64,000 nucleotides of DNA from Selaginella moellendorffii (taxonomy: Eukaryota; Plantae; Lycopodiophyta): NCBI RefSeq assembly GCF_000143415.4, contig NW_003314289.1:1135680-1199679 (forward strand), written 5' to 3'. The notes beneath the pieces are model-generated. The model ran no database searches. It was not told the DNA's origin and saw only the letters and a program-made list of their open reading frames with translations. The position numbers and the translations under genes are program-made. The stretch's first letter is position 1. The number at the start of each line of letters is the position of its first letter. Of the stretch, positions 1 through 12,657 are shown piece after piece.

Positions 1-835
1 CTCGGACTCGGACTCGGACTCGGACTCGGACTCGGACTCGGACTCGGACTCGGACTCGGACTCGGACTCGGACTCGGACTCGGACTCGGACTCGGACTCG
101 GGCTCGGGCTCGGGCTCGGGCTCGGTCTCGGCCTCGGCCTCGGTCTCGTTCTCGGCCTCGGTCTCGGCCTCGGCCTCGGCCTCGGTCTCGTTCTCGGTCC
201 CGATCTCGGTCTCGGTCTCGGTCTTGGTCTCGGTCTCGATCCCGGTCTCGGTCTCGACTTCGGACTCCATCTCGGACTCCATCTCGGACTCCATCTCGGA
301 CTCCATCTCGGGTCCATCTCGGACTCCATCTCGGGTCCATCTCGGACTCCATTTCGGGTCCATCTCGGACTCCATCTCGGACTCCATTTCGGGTCCATCT
401 CGGGTCCACCTCGGACTCCATCTCGGACTCCATCTTGGACTCCATCTCGGGTCCATCTCGGACTCCACTTCGGACTCCAACTCGGGTCCATCTCGGACTC
501 CACTTCGGACTCCAACTCGGGTCCATCTCGGACTCCACTTCGGACTCCAACTCGAGTCCATCTCAGACTTCACTTCGGACTCCAACTCGAGTCCATCTCA
601 GACACTTCCACGTGTCATGTGTTGGTCCTTTTGGGTCCCTTTTTGGAGCCTCGCTTTTTGCTCGCTTCGTGCTCGTTCCTTGAGCACTTCGTTGGGAGTT
701 CCACTCCCGCTCTTGACTTTTCAAGTCGGAGCTTTTGGTCCAAACGTGTTACGCTCGTTTGGCTCTCGCTTCAGCCACTACCACGTGGCACCCTTTCCGG
801 CTTCACTTTGGGGCCTAGGGATTTTGTGTCTCACA
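1..835 (-). repeat. Family A 3' LTR (partial) containing (CTCGGA)n and CTCGGACTCCAT/CTCGGGTCCAT tandem arrays
   Basis: Near-identical to about 5945-6741 and ends in ...GTGTCTCACA next to the PPT. Confidence 0.9.
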
Positions 836-3800
836 ACTCCACCACCCATAGACGAAGTTCGATGTCCTCATCGAACGGTAAACCATTTTGTAAAGTAACA
901 CTCGCATGTGTTACCATTTCCATCCTTGGCACCTAGCCAATATTTGTCAATGGTTTGACATTGAAGGCTCACCATGCCTTTTGCATATGCCTCAATGGTT
1001 TGACACCAAAGGCTCACCATGCCTTACCTATCCTCTAAGGAGGGTAGTCTCTCCAACTTAGAGACTGATTGGACCACATGTAGTGGTTCTCTCCTTTTAT
1101 TGGTTTAGTTCTCGCTAAACCTTTTAGAGACCCTTCTCTAAGTCAATCCCACTACTCCTTCTCGAGTAATCTCAATTTCCATCTATTGAATGTTTGCACC
1201 TTGGAACTTTTACTCTTTTGACTTTTGGAAGTCAATTTCCTAGGCGTCTCCAACACCTTGCCTTGCACAGATTGTGCAACTCCACTTCCCTATCCTAGGA
1301 AGTTCATTACTTGAGGGCACCATCATCCTCTCTTCTATTTCGTGCCACCTTGGGCACTAAGTTCCATTTATCACACTTTGTGCTAGGGTTGTCCATCGCC
1401 CTATCATTTGGCTACCTTACCGCTCCCTCCCTTGGAGCTTCCACTTTTGCCAAATCGGAGCAATTCGGAATCCATCCTTGGAAACACACTTCCTTTCCCG
1501 CAATTTGTTAGCGTCCAACACATTAGTGTTCCTTGCCTAACTTTGTCACTTGGATTCCTTCCAAGGAATTCCACGGCCCTATCTTGGCCACTCATCTTTT
1601 GCTCTTATCCATTGATTGTTGCACCAAGCAACATCGAATCTCTACCTCCCTTCTTGAGGTGTTCTTTTGATTCCATAGCAAAGGCTCTGCTTTGCCAAGA
1701 CTAGGGTGTTCACCCCTAGTAAGTCTCTTTTAGCATCTTCTGCTGTGGGCTCTATCCTCGGCCCAACTTTGTGACCCTCTCATGGGTCTCTTTAGAGACT
1801 ACTTTCCTTGGACACACTATACCATCGCAATGACATAGCTCATTTCCCTAAGGTGTTTTTCCCACTTGGTCACCTTGACCAAGCCACACCATCATCAATA
1901 GTTCAAATCAACACTTTGAACTAGGAACCTTATTCCTTAACCCAAACAAGGACCTTGTCCTTATTTAGCCACAAGATCACCTAGTGATCTCACCTCGGCA
2001 CCTTAACAGGTTTGCCAATAGGTACTAGGTCTTCCAGACCTTTAACTTTGTTAACTACGACCCCGGGGGCATCCCTCACACTTGGCGGTGCGCCCAAGCC
2101 AGCCCTTCCGGCTAAGGGTCCATAGCAACTGAGATTAGGTGTCCCCATCTCACTCACCACGTCCTTGGTGCCACTTGCACCAAAGCGTTCAAGTTAGATA
2201 TGCCGAGCTTTCACACTAAGCAATCTAACCGTGCATCACGACTCCGAGGCATCCCTCGTTTGGCGGTGTGCCCAAACCAGTCTCCCCACTGAGAGTCTAT
2301 GACCACCGAAATATGAGTGTCCTCATATTCCAAACCATCACCACGCCCTAGTGATTTGGGACTCGAACCCAAGCACTAGAGGGTCGGGACTCGAACCCAA
2401 CCTCCGTATATGCATCTACGGACGGCATCACACAAGATGCCTGGCGTGACTCCCCACGCCGGTGCACCAACTTATATTTAAAGCGTGCTATAGATCACAG
2501 CTTAGGAACCTAGTTCCTCCCCACTGCCAAGTCCTCTCACTTGACAAGCCTGTGATCATGCATGGACTCCTCCATGCTTGGCCCCATGGCCCACCCCTTT
2601 TTGAAGTTATCACCTTCAACTAGGGTATTTGTTCCCTTGACTTGCCAATCTCGCTTTGGCAAGTCCTCCGACCACTGTAACATGGTTCCTGCACAAGCGT
2701 GAAAGCCTTTGATCATCGACTTTCGTTCAAAGCCTTCTCTTTGAACACTCGGGAACTACTTCCCTAACCTTGATAGCCTTGCCTCATGGCAAGCTTCAAG
2801 ACCACGCTTCTGCTGCGCCACTCTGATTTCGCGCATTCCTTGAACCATTTATGCTTGGCCTTTCTAGGTACTACGCTACCTAGAATCCTCTTTGGGAACC
2901 TTGAAGGAACTCTGTCCCTTAGCTTGCTAAGGCCCCCCCTTTTTGCAAGCTTTCCAATTACCATATAGTCTAACATGGACAATTCCATATTTTAGACTCT
3001 CCATGGCATCACGGTTGCTAGCAGCAACACCCTCGAGCCCCCACTTGATTCTCCACTCCCAGCTAGCATAACCAACCTTGGTTATGCCCTTCAATTTCTA
3101 TGGTTCGGTTCTATCCCCTTACTTTTTGCTTTTGGCTTCACACCTTTCCTTCGGTCATTCTCCTCCAGACCAGGAGGATAGCCTTTGCACTTTCTATCAT
3201 GCCTTAGCAAGTATTCTTAGGGATGAACCTACCCGATAGCCTAGGGAGTGGTTCCTCAATCCAGGTATGCTCACCCTATAATCCCACACATCGGGATTAT
3301 GTTGTTGCTTACGGGCCTTTGCATGCCCATCGCTAGCTTTGCCAAAATTCCATTTTTTGGCTTTGTCCAATTCGAGTAGACAGTCTTCTCCTGTTTCGCC
3401 ACCTTGGACATTTGGATAGCACCTACTATCCATCGTTCGCTAGGGACTTAGTCCCTTGGGCCTTATCTACTGCCCTCACGACATCAAACACCACCTCTTG
3501 GTGTTCTAGAGTGTTCGGGTGTCCCAATGACAGCTTCCTTGACAATGAGTATTTCCTTTTATGACATTGACTTATTATATCGCAACATAAGCAACTCATC
3601 CCCCATAAGGGTATATCCAACTTTCCTATGCCATTAAGAAGTCTTGGGTAGCTACCTTCTACCCGTTTAACCAATTATTTGGCACCTCTTGCTTAGTTGC
3701 CTCGTAGTTGTCAAGTCCTATAACTCATTGCTGGTGCTTCCACACCTCCATCATTATCTGGGTCACCACACTCCAACTGCATGCTCTGCAGCTTAGGTTA

Positions 3801-4934
3801 TGTCATTCCCATTTCTATTGGGATTCCTTTGGCAAGGGGTTTTCATGAACCCACCAACATAGCCTCAAGGTATCACACCTTGGCACATTTGGTGTCTCCA
3901 CACTATCGGCTCCACGAGCCTACCTCTATGACACTTCTTCTTTGTGTCTAAGTCTTTGCCAAGACCAATACCACGCTTTCTCATGCCAACCATCCGTTAG
4001 CACTGCATCATAGAGGTCACACACAACTTTGTGTCAAAGTTGTTTTCTTTTTGGAAACACCTTTCCCACGACTTTAGCATGGCACATTTTGCCATCGATG
4101 AGATACCCTTTGCTCTCATCCTTGGATCCTATGATCCCCCCCCATCCTTTGTGGGGTACAACACACCTCAGTCCAAATGCTTCCATCGGTCCTTTTAGGA
4201 CCATCCCTTGACTTTACTTGAGTCATCCAGCAGTTTTGGACTTGGTTAATCCACAGACCCGTAAGGTCCTACTTGTGAGGCACTAGCTCACTGGAATACA
4301 CTTCTTGCATTCCTGTCCTACTCAAAAGGACTATTTTCACAAGTGTTACTCTGACACTTGATTTTGTTCTCTGGGGGCAACCTTTGCCCCTTAGGACTAC
4401 TTGTCCATGCGATGAGAATACCAACTCATCTCTAAGTACACCCCCCAACTCCTTGGGTTGTTCCAGCATTTATTAAAGGTAGCCCTGGCTACCATTTCAA
4501 GGACTTGAGTCCTCTTCCGTATTTGACCTCCCACGGTCATTACCTCTTGTCTCACATTCATGAGCACCAACCTCAACTATATGAGGATAATCTTGTGACT
4601 CCTTTATTGTTTTGGAGTCTCTATCTTTCCCGTGATCCCAACTTTAGTTGTTTACCACAACAACCTTAGCCAATTTGCTGAGACAAATGCTCATCCAGAT
4701 CACATCCTCAACTCAATGAGGAAAACCTTGCACTGTTCCCAAGATCCCAAAGTCGTTCCATTATTGGCCCTTTTCTATCCACCACCTCGTCTACAAGTTC
4801 ACACATGAACTGTAATGGAGAGTCATGTCTTCCCGACTTGCTACTCCTCAAGGATAGGCCCACTCCTCGGACCTTCCGATGCCAACACTAGTGGTGATAT
4901 ACTTGAGCACCAATAAAAGTCGGACTAAGGAACA

Positions 4935-4946
4935 GCTCCGATACCA
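4935..4946 (-). other. Primer binding site complementary to initiator tRNA-Met
   Basis: TGGTATCGGAGC lies 3 nt after the LTR end ...CTTACA. The canonical form is TGGTATCAGAGC. Confidence 0.85.
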
Positions 4947-4949
4947 AAT

Positions 4950-6741
4950 TGTAAGCGACTAATTTTCCCATTCTACTTTAGTCGCTTAACCACACCTCCG
5001 ACCACTTGGAGGAGTCTCATTCACAACCTCCATAAGTCCCATTCAGGACTTGGGACTTGTTAGTCCCAAGAATGGCATCCATGCCACTCAACACTTGCAC
5101 CTGGTCCAAGTGCTCCACGTGTCCGGTCCCAAGACCGACACCCAAAGGTGCCACTGAAATATCGGCCCGTTACGCTAAGGCCATGCCCATTCACCTTTGC
5201 CGCACTAGTGGTCCAATACCACTTGCATCACAATCCCGTCTCTCCAAAACTGGGCTATCCGTCCACGAGTGGTCATCCTAGATCCACTCCTTAGCATCCT
5301 TAGGATGCCCACAGACATGGGGAATAGCCTTCCCCAATATCCCTCTGTCAGTCCCCACTAAGTCCCTTTCTGCCCCTGGCCGTGTTTGCCAACACTGCCA
5401 CTGGATCGAGACCCACAGGCCCGACCACTAAGTCCCACGGTCCTCTGGGACTTCCTCACCACACGACTGTGTCCTTGGTCACTACCCCAGAGGACTGCTC
5501 CTCTTCCTTTCCACAGTCTGGGCCTTTGGGACAACATTTCGGAACACCGTGGCCTTACGCGAGCCACCTGGGTACTCTCCTCGCCTTCTGCCCTTGGGTG
5601 CTCTAGCCATGGGCTTAGAGCGGGTTCCGTTGAGCCACACCAGGTATCCAAGTAGGTAGTGCCACCCACACTTGGACTGGGAGCATCGGCCAGTCGATCT
5701 CCCGGGGGAACTAGAGCCGGCTCTTGAACACTTCACCAAGCTACCTCGCTTGTCGGTCTGTGTTCACTCTAGTCTTGGACTTCCCAGTGGGCAGCTCATC
5801 ACCCAACACTGGGTCCGGCCTTCCTGGGCCAAACTGGCCTTTCCTGGCCAAACTGGCTCCACTGCAGTCCTCCCCCTACTATACTTTTGGAGCTCACCAA
5901 ACCCCCCAGGGTCTGGGAGACGAACGCTTTGGGCTTTCACCCTCTCGGACTCAAACTCGGACTCGGACTCGGACTCGGACTCGGACTCGGACTCGGACTC
6001 GGGCTCGGGCTCGGGCTCGGGCTCGGTCTCGGCCTCGGCCTCGGTCTCGTTCTCGGCCTCGGCCTCGGTCTCGTTCTCGGTCCCGATCTCGGTCTCGGTC
6101 TTGGTCTCGGTCTCGGTCTCGGTCCCGGTCTCGGTCTCGACTTCGGACTCCATCTCGGACTCCATCTCGGACTCCATCTCGGGTCCATCTCGGACTCCAT
6201 CTCGGGTCCATCTCGGACTCCATCTCGGACTCCATTTCGGGTCCATCTCGGGTCCACCTCGGACTCCATCTCGGACTCCATCTTGGACTCCATTTCGGGT
6301 CCATCTCGGGTCCACCTCGGACTCCATCTCGGACTCCATCTTGGACTCCATCTTGGGTCCATCTCGGACTCCACTTTGGACTCCAACTCGGGTCCATCTC
6401 GGACTCCACTTCGGACTCCAACTCGGGTCCATCTCGGACTCCACTTCGGACTCTAACTCGAGTCCATCTCAGACTTCACTTCGGACTCCAACTCGAGTCC
6501 ATCTCAGACACTTCCACGTGTCATGTGTTGGTCCTTTTGGGTCCCTTTTTGGAGCCTCGCTTTTTGCTCGCTTCGTGCTCGTTCCTTGAGCACTTCGTTG
6601 GGAGTTCCACTCCCGCTCTTGACTTTTCAAGTCGGAGCTTTTGGTCCAAACGTGTTACGCTCGTTTGGCTCTCGCTTCAGCCACTACCACGTGGCACCCT
6701 TTCCGGCTCCACTTTGGGGCCTAGGGATTTTGTGTCTCACA
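4950..6741 (-). repeat. Family A 5' LTR (about 1.79 kb)
   Basis: TG...CA termini; matches 47595-49226 and 51335-53017. Confidence 0.9.
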
Positions 6742-7405
6742 GTCTAGTGCTATTTCGGCATACCGGTGGCCTAACGCAAGGACATGGGTACTCCACCAGC
6801 TAGTATAGAATGGAACTTGGGCTTAGACCCAAGCCAGACGTAGAACAAAGACAAAGATAGACACATAAGTAAGAGCTAGACTATGCTTCAGGTTGGTCGG
6901 CCATGCCCAACCTACCCACTATCCCTACTATACATTTGGAACCCCCCACAACCCCCCCCCCCCCTAAGGAACAATCTTTACATTCCATAAATATGCTAAA
7001 TGAGCAAATTTGGACACTTTCCATAAATAATATTTGGGACCGGAATAAGACTAACACAAAGGGCATGATAGCAAGGGTGTTTGGCAGACACGGTAAGGTA
7101 TCATTTAGCGAATATTGAGGGACCAATCTTAATATAATGAGGGTTCTTGATACTAGCAAGTGCAAACCAATAACACAAGTTTCTCAAACCAGGCCAAGTA
7201 TGCTTAGCAAGAAACACATAGGGTTCCTACCTTATGTTTATCCAATTTAAGTCTATGTTCATTGACCAGTTTGTCAACTAGCTCAAGTGGGAATTAATAA
7301 CGGGTCTAGCAATACTGACCTCTTACCATCATGGCAGTAAGGAAAGAGTGTCCATAAGGACTGGCTGACAAGTATCTTTCGATACTCGAAGTCACATTCG
7401 CGACA
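6742..7405 (-). repeat. Family B LTR fragment, interrupted by the family A element
   Basis: Ends ...GATACTCGAAGTCACATTCGCGACA, the reverse complement of the LTR start TGTCGCAAATGTG at 30570. Homologous to about 10010-10978 and 30570-31360. Confidence 0.7.
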
Positions 7406-8840
7406 GCAAGAGCAAGCAACAAGGATGCGAGGTGAGGGAGTTCTATATGAAATGGAAAGGATTTCCACACTATGAAATGGGAACCAGAGGAGAACCTAGC
7501 AAACGTGTGGGATATAATGAAGGAATTTTTGCAAAGTAGAACTTTATGTACTTATGCAAAATTCAATTAAAGAATCTATTTTGAGAAATTGAACAATGTC
7601 ATATGTTGGGACTTAAAGGCATGCTGAAAGTAAGCTAATTAGCATGGGTTAACTAGGTCGACCAAGCATAGGAAACTACGCTCGACTCCCTGTAGGGATG
7701 TCGAATCCGTAGACATATTCTACGGAGGTTGGGTTCAAGTCCCAACCCCCTAGTAAAGCAAGGCTGGGTTCAGGTCCCAACCCTATATTAGGGCGGGGTG
7801 AGAGGAGGGGTGTAGGGACACCTATACTTTGTTGTCATGGGCTCTTGGCTGGGGAGGCTAACTTAGGCATATCGCTAAGTGGGGGGATGCCCTCGGAGAC
7901 ATGGTCAACAAATTGTAAAATTAAAAAGAGCCATTCGATGTGGGCATCAACCTTCTTCTATGGGTGGTGGAGTTGTAAGGAATCAACTCCCCGAGGTGTT
8001 GAAGGCTAAAGGATTCCCGAAAGCATAATCAAAATGATAAAGAGTTCATCAGATGAGACTGAGTTTGAGATCGAGTCCAAAACCAACTTTAAGACCGAGT
8101 TTGAAACCGAGTCCGAGACTGAGTCTAAGACCGAGTCTCAGATCGAGTTTGAGATCCGATATCGGGTCCGAGATCGAGTCCAAGATCGGGTTTGAGATCG
8201 AGTCTGAGATCAAGTCCAAAACCGAGTCTGAGATCGAGTCCGAGATTGAGTCTGAGACCGAGTCCGAATACTAATATAGGTCGTGGGGTGAAAGCCCAAA
8301 GTGTGTGTTTCCCAGTCTCCTAGGGGGGAGGGGGGGGGGGGGGGACTGTAGGGGGTTCCAAAAGTATAGTAGGGGATAGTGAGGTCTAGAAACCAGTCTT
8401 GAAGGAACTCTCTAGTAGTGCTTTTAAATTGACTTGAGGTTGAAACTGGGGCTAAGGGGCCTTGGGTGGGAGTGAGCATAAACTTGGGTGGTGCCAAAGG
8501 GGCCACCTAGAGAAGTGCTCAAGGGAAACTCGCACTCTCAAAAAGGTTGGAAGTGAGGGGGTAAAGGTACCTATACCATGCCGTTAGGCCACAATGTTTC
8601 CCCCCAGTGTCCCGAAGCAAGTGTTGCACCCAAGGCTTGGGATTTAGAGGGTCCCATGATCAAGTCTTATTGTACTAAGGGATGTTAGGAACCTGGAGGC
8701 TTGGTGTGCTTGGCTGCTTGTGCTTGCGGGGAGTGTAACCAAACCTTAAGTCCAATCTAACCCGAGGAGGGGGATTGGGAGAGATTTGAGAATCCGTGGA
8801 TGTGGATGGCTAACGCTCTATTGATCATGCAGTGAGTAGC
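7406..8840 (+). mobile_element. Degenerate relative of family A (end of internal region, PPT and LTR)
   Basis: Same ATGGGTGGTGGAGT PPT followed by TGTAAGG (about 7960-7980), a decayed GAGTCCGAGAC array, and the GTGAAAGCCCAAAG...GGTTCCAAAAGTATAGTAGGG block shared with family A LTRs. Boundaries are approximate. Confidence 0.55.
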
Positions 8841-9249
8841 TTGAATTTGGAATTGAACTCCAAGCCCATTGCATTACAAAATGAAGGTCTAGTACAATCC
8901 CACAAGCACCAGCTCCCCGTATACAACACTTACACACAAAATGGTGTCAGATGGTGTTTGGCACGATTTTGGCATACCAGTGGCCTAAAGTGAGGAGGAT
9001 CAACACATAAGGCATGATAGTGAGGGTGTTTGGCAGATATGGTAAGCTATCATGTAGTGATATTAAGGGACTAGTCTCAATATCGTAGGGATTCCCAACA
9101 TTAGCATATGCAAGTCAATTAATGGGTTTTTTTTAACTAGGTCAAGTATATTTGACTAATAGCATTCATAAATTTCATCCTTATGCTCATTTGGTCAAGT
9201 GCACACATGATGACCAATTTCTCAACTAACTTGAGTAGAGACCATAAAG

Positions 9250-10978
9250 GCAACTTTCATATAATCATCTATGTCTGCTGCTATGAAATAGTTTTCTATA
9301 TCGTAAACCTAGTCTTCCAAAACTTGATAATCCCGCATACCTCTTGAAATTGGGTGGTTTTGGAGGCTTAAACTTTGAAATTTGTGCAACCTAGGGCAAT
9401 TGTAGAACTTTGTCATCCTTAGAACTTGAAGAGGAGTTTGGTTTCTTAAGTTTAGTTGGTTTAGTTGCTTTAGCTTCTTTCTTCCTCTTCTTGTTCTCCT
9501 TTTTCAACTTGCGAACTTCCCTTCACAAATTCTAGATCTTAGTTTCCTTAGCCATATACTACAGTGACATAGCATTTGGCTCTTCCTCTTCTAACTCAGC
9601 GTCAACCTCTTCCCCAATATCTTTAAGTAGGAGTTTCTTCCTCTCAATTCACCCATCTAAAAGTTTTAGCATTGTCAATATGGTTCCTTTTTACTATCCC
9701 GCTAACTGCATGCATGCCTCTATTAGTAATTGAACATGCATATAACATTCTTACTAAATGGTGCAATCCAACTAATCTTACATAGGTCACTTTGGATCTA
9801 CTAGAAAAGTCTTTGCGTATGCAACTTGAGTTAGAAAATCTGACAAAAGTTGAATAAGAATCACTGAGATAATTCCTCTAATACCAAATGTAGCATACTT
9901 GAATTTGGAGTTGAACTCCAAGCCCATTACACTACAAAACGAGGGTCCAATACAATCCTATAAGCACCAGCTTCTCGTATCTAGCATCTGAATGCAAAAT
10001 GGTGTCAAACAATGTCTGGCACGATTTTGGTATACTGGTGGCCTAACGCGAAGAGGAGGGTACTCCACCGACTAAAGCAATATGGAGCTTGGGTTTAGAC
10101 CCAATCTGAATGCAAAACAAGAAACGACATAACTTAGTGGAAGCTAAACTAATATCTCAAGTGGTCGGACATGCATTCTAACCACTATCCCTATTATACC
10201 CCCCCGGAGGAACACACACTTTGGGCTTTCACCCCTAGCCTCTTTTAGTACCAGGAGTTAGTCTCTGGGACAAACATGAAATTTACTAAATATAGAATGG
10301 TGTTAAATCACAAATCCGGAAGTAGGAACAACATTATAAAGTTCAAGACACTTTCTACATTTTATACATATGCCTCTTGGATGGATTTAAACACTTACCA
10401 TAAATAGCATATGGTTCTAGAACGGAACCAACATATAAGGCATGATAATGAGGGTGTTTGCTAGACATGGTAAGCTATCTATAAGCTTCTAAATTTGGAC
10501 TTCCCGAAAGGTCACCTAACCCAATATTATTCAAACCCAAGGACACTTAACCCCAAATATCCCAAGACCCTTAACCAATTAGAAAAGGGGGTGCACTCTT
10601 ATTCATGGGCCATTTCCCTTTATATTTGAATCCCATGGATTGTCTTTCGAGTCATTCCCTTTGGTTGTTTACACTATCATATAGCGATATTAAGGGACTA
10701 GTCTCAATATTGTGGGGGTTCCCAACACTAACAAGTGCAAGTTAACGAATGAGTTTCTCTAACCAGGTCAACTATGCTTGATTAATAGCATTTAGGAATT
10801 TTGTCCTTATGCTCATCTGGTCAAGTGCACACGTAATGACCAGTTTCTTAACTAACTTGAGCGGAGATCATAAAGGGAAATAGCAATACTAACCTCTTGC
10901 TATTATGGCAATAAAGAGAGAGTGTCCATAAGGACTAGTTGACAAACATCTTTCGATACTCGAAGTCACATTTGTGAC
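9250..10978 (-). mobile_element. Family B LTR retrotransposon fragment (5' LTR 10978-9889, PBS, decayed internal sequence)
   Basis: LTR end ...TGCTACA at 9889 followed by TTTGGTATTAGAG (tRNA-Met PBS) on the minus strand. Contains a Cassandra solo LTR. Confidence 0.6.
10480..10673 (-). mobile_element. Cassandra TRIM solo LTR (5S rRNA-derived segment)
   Basis: Reverse complement of the LTRs at 57409-57602 and 57808-57998, flanked by a 5-bp TSD CTATC (10475-10479 and 10674-10678). Confidence 0.85.
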
Positions 10979-12277
10979 ACTATCCTTGTTCTACACCTGT
11001 TTTAGATCTAAGCCCAAATTCCACACTATGCTAGCTAATGGAGTATTCATATCCTCATGTTAGGCCACCGGTATGTTAAAATAGAGCTAGACTCTATTTA
11101 GCTTCGTTTTAAATGAAGGAATGGAGCCAAATTCCTAAATATGGAGTTAAGGAGTGAAGGAATTGGAGCACGGAGGAACTTTTGAGCATACAACTTAAAG
11201 AGCAAAGGGATAGGAGTATTGAGCAACTTGAAACAATCCTAGAGCATTTAACATTTAATGTTAGGACTAGCACACAATGGCTCAATGCCCTAAAACTTGG
11301 GTTCTACTCCCCTATCCTTGGACATGTGGCATGTGGCATATAGAGGGTTTAAGTTCCACTTCGTGGTTATCTTATAGTTAATCACTATGGGATAAAAGGT
11401 GAAAACCATATATGCTACATTTGGTATCAAAAGATGAGTTTTAGCAAGTACTATCTAATGAGATGATTTTTTGGGTGATTTGTGACCTGTGCACTATGAG
11501 AAAGAAGTGATGATTCACAGAAGAATTCTAGAAACATGGAGCTCATGGGCAACTAATCTCATTACATACGCAGAAATGAAGATAATAATTTGAGTGGGTA
11601 CACGTTTGGGTGCTAAGACTTCGCATTCATTCCTTGGGTATGGATTTGATTACTTTTTTGTACCATATTATATGAGCTTTTGCTTAGGCTCATAAGTTGG
11701 ATTGAGATGTTCCATTTACACTTGTGCTTGGGCTTGTGAGTGAGGTATATTAGCAATTCAATATTACACTTTGAGTTGGCAAGATTAATGTTAACATATC
11801 AGTGGTTACCATGAGTTGAACTATGTACCATAGGTGAAAGTAAACATCCCCTAGGTTTCTAATAATGGCAAATAGGCTGGTCCATAGATGTTTAGCATAG
11901 CATTAATGAATCCTTTCTATGCATGATTATAAGTGGATCAATCAAAACTGTAGGGATTAATTTATTGGTTCAAGTAGTCATTGCCGTGCTCTCTCATAAA
12001 CTTTTCTTGGATTGAATTGAAGTAGTGCTAAGGTTTAATCAAGTTGAGTCCGAAAAGAGAGTTATCAAGGATGAAGGATCAATTATGTAAAAAAAAAATT
12101 TCTTAGAGAGATGATTTGCAACAAAGTGTTAACTCATTGCTCGTGTTTACATCATGCAATCAAGAGTCCCTCTATACAATTCCATTCTTACAGACTTAAA
12201 CAAACAGATCATTAAAAAGTATTAACTTAGGTGCATCTCCATTGTAGTCATGCAATCAAATTTTGTGGAAGGGAAGA

Positions 12278-12657
12278 TAGCTTTGTCCTATCTACAACCC
12301 CCAACAAACCATAAAACAAGAAGCAGGGTTCAAGATGGATCTTGAATCCCTCAAAACCTTCTCTATCAAACTTGCGAATGGATGGTTTTCCTTCCATAGC
12401 ACTATCCCAACTCAAATACCATGAGATAAATTGGGGTCAAGCACACTGCACTAATGGACACAACAGAAAGCCCTAATATGTATGTGGCGAGGTGTGTCTC
12501 ATAACATCTTTAAGCTAGATGACTTAAAGGTATCCCCCTTTTGGAATGCAAAACACATTTATTCTGCTGCCTTTAGCATTGGGCTGTTAAATTAACCCAT
12601 TCTAATCTTGCCAAAAACTTGAATTGTGTAAAACCAATATAGGTCAAATTTACCTTA
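12278..12657 (-). repeat. About 380-bp fragment of the copia-like element at 49.5-50.7 kb (LTR end, PBS, gag start)
   Basis: Near-identical reverse complement of 49712-50090. Confidence 0.85.

Larger units (their letters stand above)
1..6741 (-). mobile_element. Non-autonomous LTR retrotransposon (LARD-like, 'family A'), copy 1; 3' LTR truncated by window start
   Basis: On the minus strand the 5' LTR runs TGTGAGACAC (6741) to GTCGCTTACA (4950). It is followed by PBS TGGTATCGGAGC (4946-4935), about 4.1 kb of internal sequence with no long ORF, a PPT-like GGGTGGTGGAG, and a second LTR starting at 835. The internal region is colinear with 53018-57133. Confidence 0.9.

Noticed and set aside
224-936. 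Long ORFs with SDSISDS, RTPSR and HLGLH repeats (also 5672-6803, 47370-48451, 50726-52294, 57986-58674)
   Set aside because: They are by-products of the stop-poor LTR satellite, open in several frames on both strands, with no domain motifs.
2356-2455. Bona fide tRNA gene
   Set aside because: No proper 7-bp acceptor stem or canonical D-loop, and the T-arm is duplicated. Kept only as a tRNA-like structure.
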